From contig OZ037772.1 in the NCBI GenBank assembly GCA_964035545.1, forward strand, positions 12,026,818 to 12,090,817: a DNA stretch of 64,000 nucleotides. Reading direction: 5' to 3'. Made by a program: the position numbers and the translations under genes. Within the stretch, counting starts at the first letter, position 1. Every line of letters starts with the position of its first letter. The notes beneath the pieces were generated by a model. It was not told where the DNA came from. It searched no databases and saw only the letters and a list, made by a program, of their open reading frames with translations. The stretch is from Bugula neritina. Lineage: Eukaryota > Animalia > Bryozoa. Of the stretch, positions 1 through 14,400 are shown in pieces.

Positions 1-336
1 CAGAAACAAGTGTTGGATATTTGACACCTACCAACAACCTGCACTTGCCTTTCACAATGCAGTAGGAGTCGTTGCACTGCAGTCTGCCAGCTGTTGGAAC
101 ACATCTATCTTGCAAAGCTGTCATTGCAAAAACTCAATACAAATATTTGTCTCAGACAGATTAGACGTTTGTCAAGTTGTCACTATCTCCTAGTTCTGTA
201 CATTCACAGGAAGTGGTGCCCATGGCATAAGTTCACTATTACTTAGAGTCAGATATGACTAGCTGTGGCATTGCATAAGGAGTTGTCTTTCCATGAAAGC
301 AGCCTAGTTTATTGACATTTCTACAAGTCATTTCTT
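1..336 (-). pseudogene. Decayed Cys-rich (WSC-like?) exon downstream of the mucin exon
   Basis: After an AG acceptor at 338-337 one frame reads EMTCRNVNKLGCFHGK...SK***TYAMGTTSCECTELG...*..*...*VFAMTALQDRCVP...QCNDSYCIVKGKC. It is protein-like but contains 6 in-frame stops. Confidence 0.35.
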
Positions 337-997
337 CTGTTGAAATTTATCTTAATTTATACCAAACTTGTGTGTATTATTAAAAAATGAGAAAATTCAA
401 ATGTAACAATATATAGACTGATAAACACCCTTTTAAAAATTTTATGAAAAGTGAGAAAAAGAAATAAAAATGTTATATTTATATATCAGTAGAATGATAT
501 CCTTGTATATAATAGGATATATAATCATGACTGGTAATCTATATTATAGTAATACACATAATAAATTATAAAAGGATATTGTTATACTGATGACTTGGTG
601 ATTACCAGTGCAAATTTCGAATTCGAAAATTTGTGAATTGGTAGAAGTTATCTTCTATAAGTACAACAATTGGGTAATCCTTTAGCCTCTGTACCTTCCC
701 TGCCTTCTCTGTCTGTTACGATTGGAACTTCTGCTGTATTGGGAGGTTGTCCAATAAGAAGTTGTCACCTCCACATGTTCTTCTAAAGCAAGTTAGACAA
801 TTTTATTGCATATATATACATATAGTACATATCGCAAAACTTCAAAGCAGATCTTGTCGTACAAATATTTTAAATATTGTTGTTTATTCCAATATGCAAA
901 CATAGCTTTCACTTTGCGAATATCCTATTAATGATAAAGAATGGATATAATATTTCATACTGCAGTAATGTTATTTATGATATAATAGCACACTTAC

Positions 998-2183
998 TCT
1001 CGACTGGTACTAAATTTGCAGCGGTCGTAGGTGTAGCGTGTGTTGTAGTTGTGGGTGTAGTTGTGGTGGGTGTAGTTGTGGGTGTAGTTGTGGGTGTAGT
1101 TGTGGTGGGTGTAGTTGTGGTGCGTGTAGTTGTTGTGGGTGTAGTTGTGGTGGGTGTTGTGGTGAGTGTTGTGGTGGGTGTAGTTGTGGGTGTAGTTGTG
1201 GGTGTAGTTGTGGTGGGTGTAGTTGTGGTGGGTGTTGTGGTGGGTGTAGTAGTTGTGGGTGTAGTTGTGGTGGGTGTAGTTGTGGGTGTAGTTGTGGGTG
1301 TAGTTGTGGTGGGTGTAGTTGTGGTGGGTGTAGTTGTGGGTGTAGTTGTGGTAGGTGTAGTTGTTGTGGGTGTAGTTGTGGTGGGTGTAGTTGTGGTGGG
1401 TGTAGTTGTGGTGGGTGTAGTTATGGTGGGTGTAGTTGTGGTGGGTGTAGTTATGGTGGGTGTAGTTGTGGTGGGTGTTGTAGGTGTATTAGATGGTGAT
1501 CTAGTAGTTGTAGTTGCTGTGGATGTGGCAATGCTAGAAGCGACTAGTACTGAAGTTGTAGTAGTTAGTAATGTAGTAGTGGGTAATGTGGTAGTTGGTA
1601 ATGTGGTAGTTGGTAATGTGGTAGTTGGTAATGTGGTAGTGGGTAATGTGGTAGTTGGTAATGTGGTAGTTGGTAATGTGGTAGTTGGTAATGTGGTAGT
1701 TGGTAGTGTGGTAGTGGGTAATGTGGTAGTCGGTAATGTGGTAGTTGGTGATGCAGTAGTTGGAAATGCACTCATAGGTGACGAAGCAGTATATGAAGTA
1801 GTAGCAGTGAATGAAGTGTTGGGGCACTGTGAGCCCTCCAGTTGGTTGTTGATTTTGTCGGCATACAGAACACACCTCCTGGAACTCTGCCAAAACTCAA
1901 AACAGGAACAAGTAAACCCAGCGGCCGCGTAGCTCATGCACTGAATTTGACACTCTATTGGTGATCGTATTTCATTTATTGCGATTTTTCTATCGGAGGT
2001 ACACAACTCCGATTTTCTTGTTCCTTTGCCATATCCTTTTTGACATTGAAATACATCGTAGGTTTTCTCTTTTAGCTCTGGCTGAATGGAAACTTGTTCT
2101 AAAACATTCATATATGCGAAAATTTGTTTCGTTTTTATTATTGTATGTGCAAGTATAGCTTCAGAAATTTTTGAAGTATTGTC
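998..2183 (-). CDS. Internal exon of a mucin-like gene: PAN/apple-like Cys domain followed by a Thr/Pro-rich stalk
   Basis: ORF 975..2111 extends in frame to an AG acceptor at 2185-2184 (DNTSKISEAIL...). GTAAGT donor at 997. Cys spacing 'ECQIQC...CSCFEF...RRCVLY' is PAN/apple-like, followed by (TTLPT)n and (TTTP/TTTTP)n. A next exon probably starts at ~782 (KEHVEVTTSYW...). Upstream exons not resolved. Confidence 0.7.
1040..1760 (-). repeat. Coding tandem repeats: 12/15-bp TTTP/TTTTP units (~1040-1490) and 15-bp TTLPT units (~1565-1760)
   Basis: On the + strand, (gtagttgtggtgggt)n and (ggtaatgtggtagtt)n arrays. Confidence 0.95.
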
Positions 2184-5100
2184 CTACATGCATGAAGATA
2201 TAGTTGGTAGTTGACACATATTGCAATTAGTATAATAAAAAATATAATAATATAACTGTTAATATAATTATAACTATTAATTATTAACTAGATTTTTTAT
2301 TTTGCAAAATAATTATATCTTTTTTGCTCAATAATTTAGCAAAATGTAGTTTAAAAGAATATAATATTATGCTGTAATTATGCTGATTAATAAAACCAGC
2401 TAGTGTAAAAGTAGCAACTTGTTTATTGTGTAGCCTATTACTAGTCAAACCATTTAGTAAAACTTAAACAGATTTATGTAATGAGCTTAGTATAATTTTT
2501 AGAACATTTTCGGCTGCAATGAAAATTTAAACTGCATGTCTGAATATAACATGCACTGATATGAACATAAATGCTAGACATTGCAAAACAGGCATATTAT
2601 TATAAATATGTTGTTAATTAATTGACAGGTGAGCCACCTGATGAACTACCTGGTGGCCCAGCTAATAGCCCAGCTATGACTCACCTGGTAACACAGGCAG
2701 AGCTATGATTAGCAGCTTTATAACATGAGTCTTGAGTTCCATCTATAATTCAGCATAACATCAGCTTTGGGTTAGACTTATGTGTTGCAACAGAAATCAT
2801 CTGACAAAGTGAGCTGTATCCCATTTCTATATAATTTATTTATAGCTTTCAACAAATAAAACTTTTTGAAAAGACAAAAGTAATTTTAACTGACACCTAG
2901 TAATTAAGGAAATGGTTAGTTGATTTATTTATTAAAATAATATCCAATTACTTGCATTATAATAATTTGTAAATGCTGCAATAGAGAAGTGTTTGCATTT
3001 GCAGCAGTAATAGTAGTTCAATGACTTTAACCAGCAAACAATCTGAGTATATAACTATAATACTCTAATTATAATAATAATAGCTGCTATAGATGTTATA
3101 ATACTATATTAGAAAATAATCATGAAACCTCTAGGAAATTACATGTCAAAATCTGAAGCAATGACAGATTACCATAAGTGGCCATGTTTATTTCTAATAG
3201 CTGGCGTAATAATATACCAGTATGTTTATATAGTTCTAATTGATAGCTTGAGGCCCAGGTGTAATCTATAAAACTTATTTAACATAATATAGAATGTTTT
3301 TTGTTAAGTGTTGAGATTTTGTAACTTCAGGTTACAGTCTACATCTTTTATATTTTATTGTATTATTATATTTATAATGCTTTGGAAAGGAGTTAAGTTT
3401 AAAAAATATCTAATGCAGTAGGTGCAGATGGTCTGTTCAGTATTATTATGCAACAAAAATTGAATTGGTTTTTGTAATTGAGTGTATTTTAATGTTTATG
3501 GCTTCTAAGACATTTTAGGAAACATTATAACTCAGAAATGATCGAGCTTTCTGTGCCCATGGTCAAGAATGTTCATATTCATAATGCGCTGTAATTAACT
3601 AATTTGCAGCACAAACGGGGAAATGGAACATTTATTTTGCCACTCCATCGCTCCATTACTTTATTATTGCATGTATGACATAATGGTGACCCGAACTTTT
3701 GTTGGCTTAGCTACGTGAAGGCATTTATGTATGATTTTTGCAACCAGTTCGTTATTTTAAGTAAGAAGCTTAATTCACCTTCACAAGAGGAGCAGACAAG
3801 CCTGCAAAGATCTATGACCTAACAAAAAGCATATCACAGTTACGGGGTGGGGGGGGTTTAAAGGAGGCTTTGTAAGACGCATCCTTAAAATAAAATGAAA
3901 TGTTCTATAAACAGCACAAAGTTCGGAATCATTGAGTGCAGTGCTCGTATACTCAACATTGCTCAAATTTGATAACCCAGCTCACTGCAATGGGCGACCC
4001 CCAATTTTGCACTTCTTTAAACGTTTTTAAATACACATGTTTTCAATGCTGCTGCGCACATTTGTTTTCATTTTCATGGTGATACTCATACTGCCAGTAT
4101 TACTATTACTAATAGTATTACTATTAGTATACCTAACTATAAGTATAACATCAAGTATTCATAGTGATAGTCGTAGTTGAAGTTCAGTATGAGTATCATA
4201 CTCATACTCAGACTTTACTCATACTCATACTGATAGTGATAGTCATAATCATAATCATAATGATAATTATGCTCATAGTCAATGTCATACTGATACTGGT
4301 AAATGATACTCATACCGGCAGTGATACTGACACTGCGCTATACTCTATAACTATAAGTCAACACTCGCACTGTTACTGTAAAGTGTAACTCAAACTGTAA
4401 GACCAAGTCAAAGTGTAGCACTGAAGCCGTGAAGGTACTGGTAACCACTCATTACGTTAATCATTAACTTTAAGTTAATGTTATGACTTCAACTTACACT
4501 TTAGGTCGCAGTGAGACGGACAGTGTGAGTCACTGCGATTGTAGCTGGTCGACGTTTTTGTTGACTCGGGCTGAGACTTTGCATAATCAAAATGATTAAT
4601 TATAAAGTTTAATGAATTTATTTACCAACTGCAAAAGTTATTAAGAGTAACAGTAACTCTAATGGTTATACTTATAGTAATACTAATACTAATAGTAATA
4701 CATATACTTAAAGTTTGAATGGTGTTAATTTTATGGTCTGTTGTTTAGCTTCGTCATTAAGTTTATCTGTTAATCACGTAATTGGTAAAATTTAATAGTG
4801 TGTCATTTCCTACTAGTAGTACTAGTACTGGTTATATAATTTGAAGGTACATCTACAAGTGCAACTCTAAACAAACAACTTAAACTGAAAGTAGAATCAT
4901 TTTATTTAAATGTAAATTATTTAAAAACCTCAACTTCCACATACAAACTAGTTGTTTGGAGTTTTTTGTTTTTGAATAATTTCATACTAGTATGGAAAGT
5001 CATAGTTGATGTAATAATTATAATTTTAGCTACAGTAGTACTGGTACCAGTTGTGTTAGCACAATTGCATTCTGTACTAATAGATTCAGTAATGATTAAC

Positions 5101-5417
5101 TTTAAGATCATTGTCATGCATTTGCACAGTTCAATGGTATTAGCATTACTCAAAATGATGCATATTTTTGAAATGTTATTCACTTTGATAAGCCTGTAAT
5201 AGACAACTTTGTAGAAAATCAAATTGAAATTGTCTGACTGTGATAGCATGCATAACCCATTATCTACTCAGTAACCTGGTATTGTGTTTATTTTTTGTGC
5301 TGCAATAATAATTCTAATAATTATTTAGTTTCCCAAGCATTTTTCTTATTAAAGCTGCTGTGAAATTATGAACTCAAAAGTTGGACATTGTATTGTTGCT
5401 ACCAATTAGAGAGAGCT

Positions 5418-8400
5418 ATGGATTTAGAGAGTAAGCCTATTTCTCTCATAGGAAATAAGATAAAGCAGGAGCCCTCCTACTATGTAGACACATCAAGCAA
5501 TAGACCAAGTTACTCAGAATATGGAGGTGGGCATTCAGTATAAGTTCAGTTTAAATATTTCAGTAATGCTCACTCTCTGTTAACAGTTCAACCTGCGTAC
5601 ACACACTTTGTATGAATGTATTTTAATTACCATTTCTTTCTACATGATGGCATTAATTATAAATTTTTTATCGTTTGCCAAATTGAGCAATGGGTATGAA
5701 AATTAAGTAGTTTTAAACAAAACATGAACTATTAATAGCTGGTCATGTATTTTACTGGCGGGTGAATTTAGTAATGAATATATAGTTTATCCACTTTTAA
5801 AGTACTGTTGAGTGAAACTAAGTGCTTTTCAAATTATAACAGAAACTCCTAGCCTGTAATACCATCTTCTTTCTTGTTCTCTCTTAGACTAAGTTTACAC
5901 CTAGTAGGTACCACACTTGTATGCGTTGTGTAGTATATAATATGTTTCATAGATGGACCAGAGGCTGTGTCAGGAACTGGTGCTGTGTGTATTGAGAAAG
6001 TTGAACTGCCAAATGGTTAGTAGTCATGTGGCTCAGCTATAGTGAAGGTTTTTTATTTTGCTATTGTGTTTGTGTTGATAAAACATTTAGAAGTCTGAGT
6101 TAACCATCACACTGATGAATAGAAAACACTGCAGTCAGTCTGAGAACAGTAGTGATTGTAGAAAATATTTGCCAATATAGTTGTTTGTTATTTCTCTGGT
6201 ACTCTGTTTGACTTAGACATCAAAGTGGAGTATTTTGAGGGTGCAGAAGCAGCAGACAACCCCAATTCGGTGACATCATTTGATGGTCAGGAGGAGCAGG
6301 CTGAGGAAGGTAATGAGTTCACTCAAATATTTAGGATGACACATAGTTGTACTAAATATGATGCTCTCATTTATATATTATACTAAATATGATAGTTTCA
6401 TTTATATATTATACTAAATATGATAATCTCATTTATATATTATACTAATTATGATAGTCTCATTTATATATTGTACTAAATATGATAGTCTCATTTACAT
6501 ATTATACTAAATATGATGGTCTCATTTATATATTATACTAAATATGATAGTCTCATCTATATATTATACTAAATATGATAGTCTCATTTATATATTATAC
6601 TAAATATGATAGTTTCATTTATATATTATACTAAATATGATAGTCTCATTTATATATTATACTAAATATGATAGTCTCATTTATATATTATACTAATTGT
6701 GGTAGTCTAATTTATATATTATACTAATTATAATAGTTTCAATTATATATTATACTAATTGTGGTAATCTAATTTATATATTATACTAAATATGATAGTT
6801 TCATTTATATATTCATCCACAATAACTCTGCAGTTCAGTATTACTATTGAATATTCAATATCTGAATCTGTAGAATTATATATTACAGCTCTGACAAATT
6901 TATATATTTTATTTCAACAATAGATGTGTTTTTAATATTATATTATATGCTCAATTAAATCCTCATTGATTGAAAAGCCACCTAAATATACAGTTTGCTG
7001 ATTAAAAACTATTTTGTTGAAAATTATATTTTGGCAGGTTTCTACAATTTGATTACTATTTATTAATATTTTCACATGCTTGTAGTAATGAATATATTTC
7101 TTATCTAATTTTTAATTTCTGTTGAGTGAAACTGAATTTTAGTGTAGTTTAGTCATTGCATTCTAATTATAACAAAAACCTCTAGCCTGTAATACCATCT
7201 TCTTTCTTGTTCTCCCTTAGACTAAGTTTACACCTAGTAGGTACTACACTTGTATGCGTTGTGTAGTGTATATAATATGTTTTATAGATGGACCAGAGGC
7301 TGTGTCAGGAACTAGGGCTGTGCGTGTTGAGAAAGTTGAACTGCCAAATGGTTAGTAGTCATGTGGCTCAGCTATAGTGAAGGTTTATTATTTTGCTATT
7401 GTGTTTGTGTTGATGAAATATTTAGAACTCTGGGTTAGCCATCACACTGATGAATAGAAATCACTGCAGTCAGTCTGAGAACAGTAATGATTGTAGAAAA
7501 TATTTGCCAATATAGTTGTTTGTTATTTCTCTGTTTCTCTGTTTGACTTAGACATCAAAGTGGAGTATATTGAGGGTGCAGAAGCAGCAGACAACCCCAA
7601 TTCGGTGACATCATTTGATGGTCAGGAGGAACAGGCTGAGGAAGGTAATGAGTTCACTCAAATATTTAGGATGACACATAGTTGTACTAAATATGATGGT
7701 CTCATTTATATATTATATTAATTGTGGTAGTTTCATTCATATATCATATTAATTATGATAGTATCATTTATATATTATACTGAATATGATAGTCTCATTT
7801 ATATATTATATTAAATATAATAGTCTCATTCATATATTATACTAATTATGATAGTTTCATTTATATATTATACTAAATATGATAGTTTCATTTACATATT
7901 ATACTAATTATGATAGTTTCATTTACATATTATACTAAATATGATAGTCTCATTTATATATTATACTAAATATGATAGTCTCATTAATATATTATACTAA
8001 ATATGATAGTCTCATTTATATATTATACTAAATATGATGGTCTCATTTATATATTATACTAAATATGATAGTCTCATTTACATATTATACTAAATATGAT
8101 AGTTTCATTTACATATCATACTAAATATGATAGTATCGTTTATATAATATACTAAATCTGATACTATCTCATTTATATATTATACTAATTATGATAGTCT
8201 CATTTATATATTATGCTAACTATGATGGTTTCAATTATATATTATACTAATTATGATAGTTTCGTTTATATATTATACTAAGTATGATGATCTCATTTAT
8301 ATATTATACTAAATATGATAGTTTCATTTATATATTATAATAAATGTGATAGTTTCATTTATATGTTATACTAAATATGATGATCTCATTTATATATTAT

Positions 8401-11400
8401 ATTAATTATGATAGTCTCATTTATATATTATACTAAATATGATAGGCTCATTTATATATTATACTAAATATGATAGTCTCATTTATATATTATACTAATT
8501 ATGATAGTCTCATCTATATATTATTCTAAATATGATAGTCTCATTTATATATTTCACTAATTATGATAGTCTCATTTATATATTATACTAAATATGATAA
8601 TTTCATTTATATATTATACTCAATATGGTAGTCTAATTTATATACTCATCCACAATAACTCTGCCGTTCAGTATTACTATTGAATATTAAATATCTGAAT
8701 CTGTAGAATTATATATTACAGCTCTGACAAATTTATATATTTTATTTCAACAATAGATGTGTTTTTAGTATTTTATATGCTCAGGTAAATCTTTATCGAT
8801 TGAAAAGCCACCTAAATATACAGTTTGCTGATTAAAAACTATTTTGTTGAAAATTATATTTTTGCAGGTTTCTACAATTTGATTACTATTTAATAATATT
8901 CTCACATGCTTGTAGTAATGAATATATTTTTTATCCAATTTTTAATTTCTGTTGAGTGAAACTAAGTTTTAGTGTAGTTTAGTCATTGCTTTCAAATTAT
9001 AACAAAAACTTCTAGCCTGTAATACCATCTTCTTTCTTGTTCTCCCTTAGACTAAGTTTACACCTAGTAGGTACTACACTTGTATGCGTTGTGTAGTGTA
9101 TATAATATGTTTCATAGATGGGCCGGAGGCTGTGTTAGGAACTAGGGCTGTGCGTGTTGAGAAAGTTGAACTGCCAAATGGTTAGTAGTCATGTGGCCCA
9201 GCTATAGTGAAGGTTTTTTATTTTGCTATTGTGTTTGTGTTGATAAAACATTTAGAAGTCTGAGTTAACCATCAAACTAATGAATAGAAAACACTGCAAT
9301 CACTCTGAGAACAGTAATGAATGTAGAAAATATTTGCCAATATAGTTGTTTGTTTTTTCTCTGTTACTCTGTTTGACTTAGACATCAAAGTGGAGTATAT
9401 TGAGGGTGCAGAAGCAGCAGACAACCCCAATTCGGTGACATCATTTGATGGTCAGGAGGAGCAGGCTGAGGAAGGTAATGAGTTCACTCAAATATTTAGG
9501 ATGACACATAGTTGTACTAAATATGATAGTCTCATTTATATATTATACTAAATATGATAGTCTCATTTATATATCATACTAAATATGATAGTCTCATTTA
9601 TATATCATACTAAATATGATAGTCTCATTTATATATTATACTAATTATGATAGTATCATTTATATATTGTACTAAATATGATGGTCTCATTCATATATTA
9701 TACTAATTATGATAGTTCATTTATATGTTATACTAAATATGATAGTCTCATTTATATATTATACTAATTATGATAGTATCATTTATATATTGTACTAAAT
9801 ATGATAGTCTCATTTATATATTGTACTAAATATGATGGTCTCATTCATATATTATACTAATTATGATAGTTCATTTATATATTATACTCAATATGATAGT
9901 ATCATTTATATATTATACTAAATATGATAGTCTAATTTATATATTATACTAAATATGATAGTCTCATTTATATATTATACTAAATATGATAGTCTCATTT
10001 ATATATTATACTAAATATGATAGGCTCATTTATATATTATACTAATTATGATAGTCTCATTTATATATTATATTAATTGTGGTAGTCTAATTTATATATT
10101 ATACTAACTATGATGGTTTCATTTATATATTATACTAATTATGATAGTTTCGTTTATATATTATACTAAGTATGATGATCTCATTTATATATTATACTAA
10201 ATATGATAGTTTCATTTATATATTATATTAAATGTGATAGTTTCATTTATATATTATACTAAATATGATAGTTTCATTTATATATTATACTAAATATGAT
10301 AGTCTCATTTATATATTATATTAAATGTGATAGTTTCATTTATATATTATACTAAATATGATGGTCTCATTTATATATTATACTAATTGTGGTAATCTAA
10401 TTTATATATTTTACTAATTATGATAGTCTCATTTATTTATTATACTGAATATGATAGTATCATTTATATATTATACTAATTGTGGTAGTCTAATTTATAT
10501 ATTATACTAAATATGATAGTCTCATTTATATATTATACTAAATATGATAGTCTCATTTATATATTATACTAAATATGATAGTCTCATTTATATATTATAC
10601 TAAATATGATAGTCTCATTTATATATTATACTAAATATGATAGTCTCATTTATATATTATACTAAATATGATAGTCTCATTTATATATTATACTAACTAT
10701 AATAGGCTCATTTATATATTATACTGAATATGATAGTCTCATTAGTATATTATACTAAATATGATAGTCTCATTCATATATTATACTAAATATGATAGTC
10801 TCATTTATATATTATACTAAATATGATAGTCTCATTTATATATTATACTAAATATGATAGTCTCATTTATATATTATACTAAATATGATAATCTCATTTA
10901 TATATTATACTAATTATAATAGTCTCATTTATATATTATACTAAATATGATAGTCTCATTTATATATCATACTAAATATGATAGTCTCATTTATATATTG
11001 TACTAAATATGATAGTCTCATTTATATATTATATTAAATATGATAGTCTCATTTATATATTATATTAATTATGATAGTCTCATTTATATATTATACTAAA
11101 TATGATAGTCTCATTTATATATTATACTAAATATGATAGTCTCATTTATATATTATACTAAATATGATAGTCTCATTTATATATTATACTAAATATGATA
11201 GGCTCATTTATATATCATACTAAATATGATAGTCTCATTTATATATTATACTAAATATGATAGTCTCATTTATATATTATACTAAATATGATAGTCTCAT
11301 TTATATATTATACTAATTATGATAGTGTCATTTATATATTATACTAAATCTGATAGTCTCATTTATATATTATACTAAATATGATAGTCTCATTTATATA

Positions 11401-14400
11401 TTATATTAATTATGATAGTCTCATTTATATATTATACTAAATATGATAGTTTCATTTATATATTATACTAAATATGATAGTCTCATTTATATATTATACT
11501 AAATATGATAGTTTCATTTATATATTATACTAAATATGATAGTCTCATTTATATATCATACTAAATATGATAGTCTCATTTATATATTATACTAAATACG
11601 ATAGTCTCATTTATATATTATACTAAATATGATAGTCTCATTTATATATTATACTAAATATGATAGTCTCATTTGTATATTATACTAAATATGATAGTCT
11701 CATTTATATATTATACTAAATATGATAGTCTCATTTATATATTATACTAAATATGATAGTCTCATTTATATATTATACTAAATATGATAGTCTCATTTAT
11801 ATATTATACTAAATATGATAGTCTCATTTGTATATTATACTAAATATGATAGTCTCATTTATATATTATATTAAATATGATAGTATCATTTATATATTAT
11901 ACTAAATATGATAGTATCATCTATATATTATATTAAATATGATAGTATCATTTATATATTATACTAAATATGATAGTATCATTTATATATTATACTAAAT
12001 ATGATAGTCTCATTTATATATTATATTAATTGTGGTAGTCTAATTTATATATTAGACTAAATATGATAGTCTCATTTATATATTATACTAACTATAATAG
12101 GCTCATTTATATATTATACTGAATATGATAGTCTCATTAGTATATTATACTAAATATGATAGTCTCATTTATATGTTATACTAAATATGATAGTCTCATT
12201 TATATATTATACTAAATATGATAGTTTCATTTATATATTATACTCAATATGGTAGTCTAATTTATATACTCATCCACAATAACTCTGCAGTTTAGTATTA
12301 CTATTGAATATTGAATATCTGAATCTGTAGAATTATATATTACAGCTCTGACAAATTTATATATTTTATTTCAACAATAGATGTGTTTTTAGTATTTTAT
12401 ATGCTCAGTTAAATCTTTATCGATTGAAAAGCCACCTAAATATACAGTTTGCTGATTAAAAACTATTTTGTAGAAAATTATATTTTTGCAGGTTTCTACA
12501 ATTTGATTACTATTTAATAATATTCTCACATGCTTGTAGTAATGAATATATTTTTTATCCAATTTTTAATTTCTGTTGAGTGAAACTAAGTTTTAGTGTA
12601 GTTTAGTCATTGCTTTCAAATTATAACAAAAACTTCTAGTCTGTAATACCATCTTCTTTCTTGTTCTCCCTTAGACTAAGTTTACACCTAGTAGGTACTA
12701 CACTTGTATGCGTTGTGTAGTGTATATAATATGTTTCATAGATGGGCCGGAGGCTGTGTTAGGAACTAGGGCTGTGCGTGTTGAGAAAGTTGAACTGCCA
12801 AATGGTTAGTAGTCATGTGGCCCAGCTATAGTGAAGGTTTTTTATTTTGCTATTGTGTTTGTGTTGATAAAACATTTAGAAGTCTGAGTTAACCATCAAA
12901 CTAATGAATAGAAAACACTGCAATCACTCTGAGAACAGTAATGAATGTAGAAAATATTTGCCAATATAGTTGTTTGTTTTTTCTCTGTTACTCTGTTTGA
13001 CTTAGACATCAAAGTGGAGTATATTGAGGGTGCAGAAGCAGCAGACAACCCCAATTCGGTGACATCATTTGATGGTCAGGAGGAGCAGGCTGAGGAAGGT
13101 AATGAGTTCACTCAAATATTTAGGATGACACATAGTTGTACTAAATATGATAGTCTCATTTATATATTATACTAAATATGATAGTCTCATTTATATATCA
13201 TACTAAATATGATAGTCTCATTTATATATCATACTAAATATGATAGTCTCATTTATATATTATACTAATTATGATAGTATCATTTATATATTGTACTAAA
13301 TATGATGGTCTCATTCATATATTATACTAATTATGATAGTTCATTTATATGTTATACTAAATATGATAGTCTCATTTATATATTATACTAATTATGATAG
13401 TATCATTTATATATTGTACTAAATATGATAGTCTCATTTATATATTGTACTAAATATGATGGTCTCATTCATATATTATACTAATTATGATAGTTCATTT
13501 ATATATTATACTCAATATGATAGTATCATTTATATATTATACTAAATATGATAGTCTAATTTATATATTATACTAAATATGATAGTCTCATTTATATATT
13601 ATACTAAATATGATAGTCTCATTTATATATTATACTAAATATGATAGGCTCATTTATATATTATACTAATTATGATAGTCTCATTTATATATTATATTAA
13701 TTGTGGTAGTCTAATTTATATATTATACTAACTATGATGGTTTCATTTATATATTATACTAATTATGATAGTTTCGTTTATATATTATACTAAGTATGAT
13801 GATCTCATTTATATATTATACTAAATATGATAGTTTCATTTATATATTATATTAAATGTGATAGTTTCATTTATATATTATACTAAATATGATAGTTTCA
13901 TTTATATATTATACTAAATATGATAGTCTCATTTATATATTATATTAAATGTGATAGTTTCATTTATATATTATACTAAATATGATGGTCTCATTTATAT
14001 ATTATACTAATTGTGGTAATCTAATTTATATATTTTACTAATTATGATAGTCTCATTTATTTATTATACTGAATATGATAGTATCATTTATATATTATAC
14101 TAATTGTGGTAGTCTAATTTATATATTATACTAAATATGATAGTCTCATTTATATATTATACTAAATATGATAGTCTCATTTATATATTATACTAAATAT
14201 GATAGTCTCATTTATATATTATACTAAATATGATAGTCTCATTTATATATTATACTAAATATGATAGTCTCATTTATATATTATACTAAATATGATAGTC
14301 TCATTTATATATTATACTAACTATAATAGGCTCATTTATATATTATACTGAATATGATAGTCTCATTAGTATATTATACTAAATATGATAGTCTCATTCA

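Noticed and set aside
877-1932. 351-aa poly-Val ORF and the 153-aa Cys/Gly ORF (1038-1499) on the + strand
   Set aside because: These are antisense or alternative frames of the Thr-repeat mucin exon; repeat codons lack stops by construction.
4164-5249. Hydrophobic short ORFs (4164-4388, 4966-5199, 4917-5249)
   Set aside because: They derive from degenerate hexamer or AT-rich sequence, with no splice-consistent model or homology cue.
6110-6130. CTGATGA-ATA-GAAA resembling a hammerhead ribozyme core in the A-B intron
   Set aside because: No room for stem II, no convincing stems I/III, and the core is mutated (ctaatga) in units 3-5.
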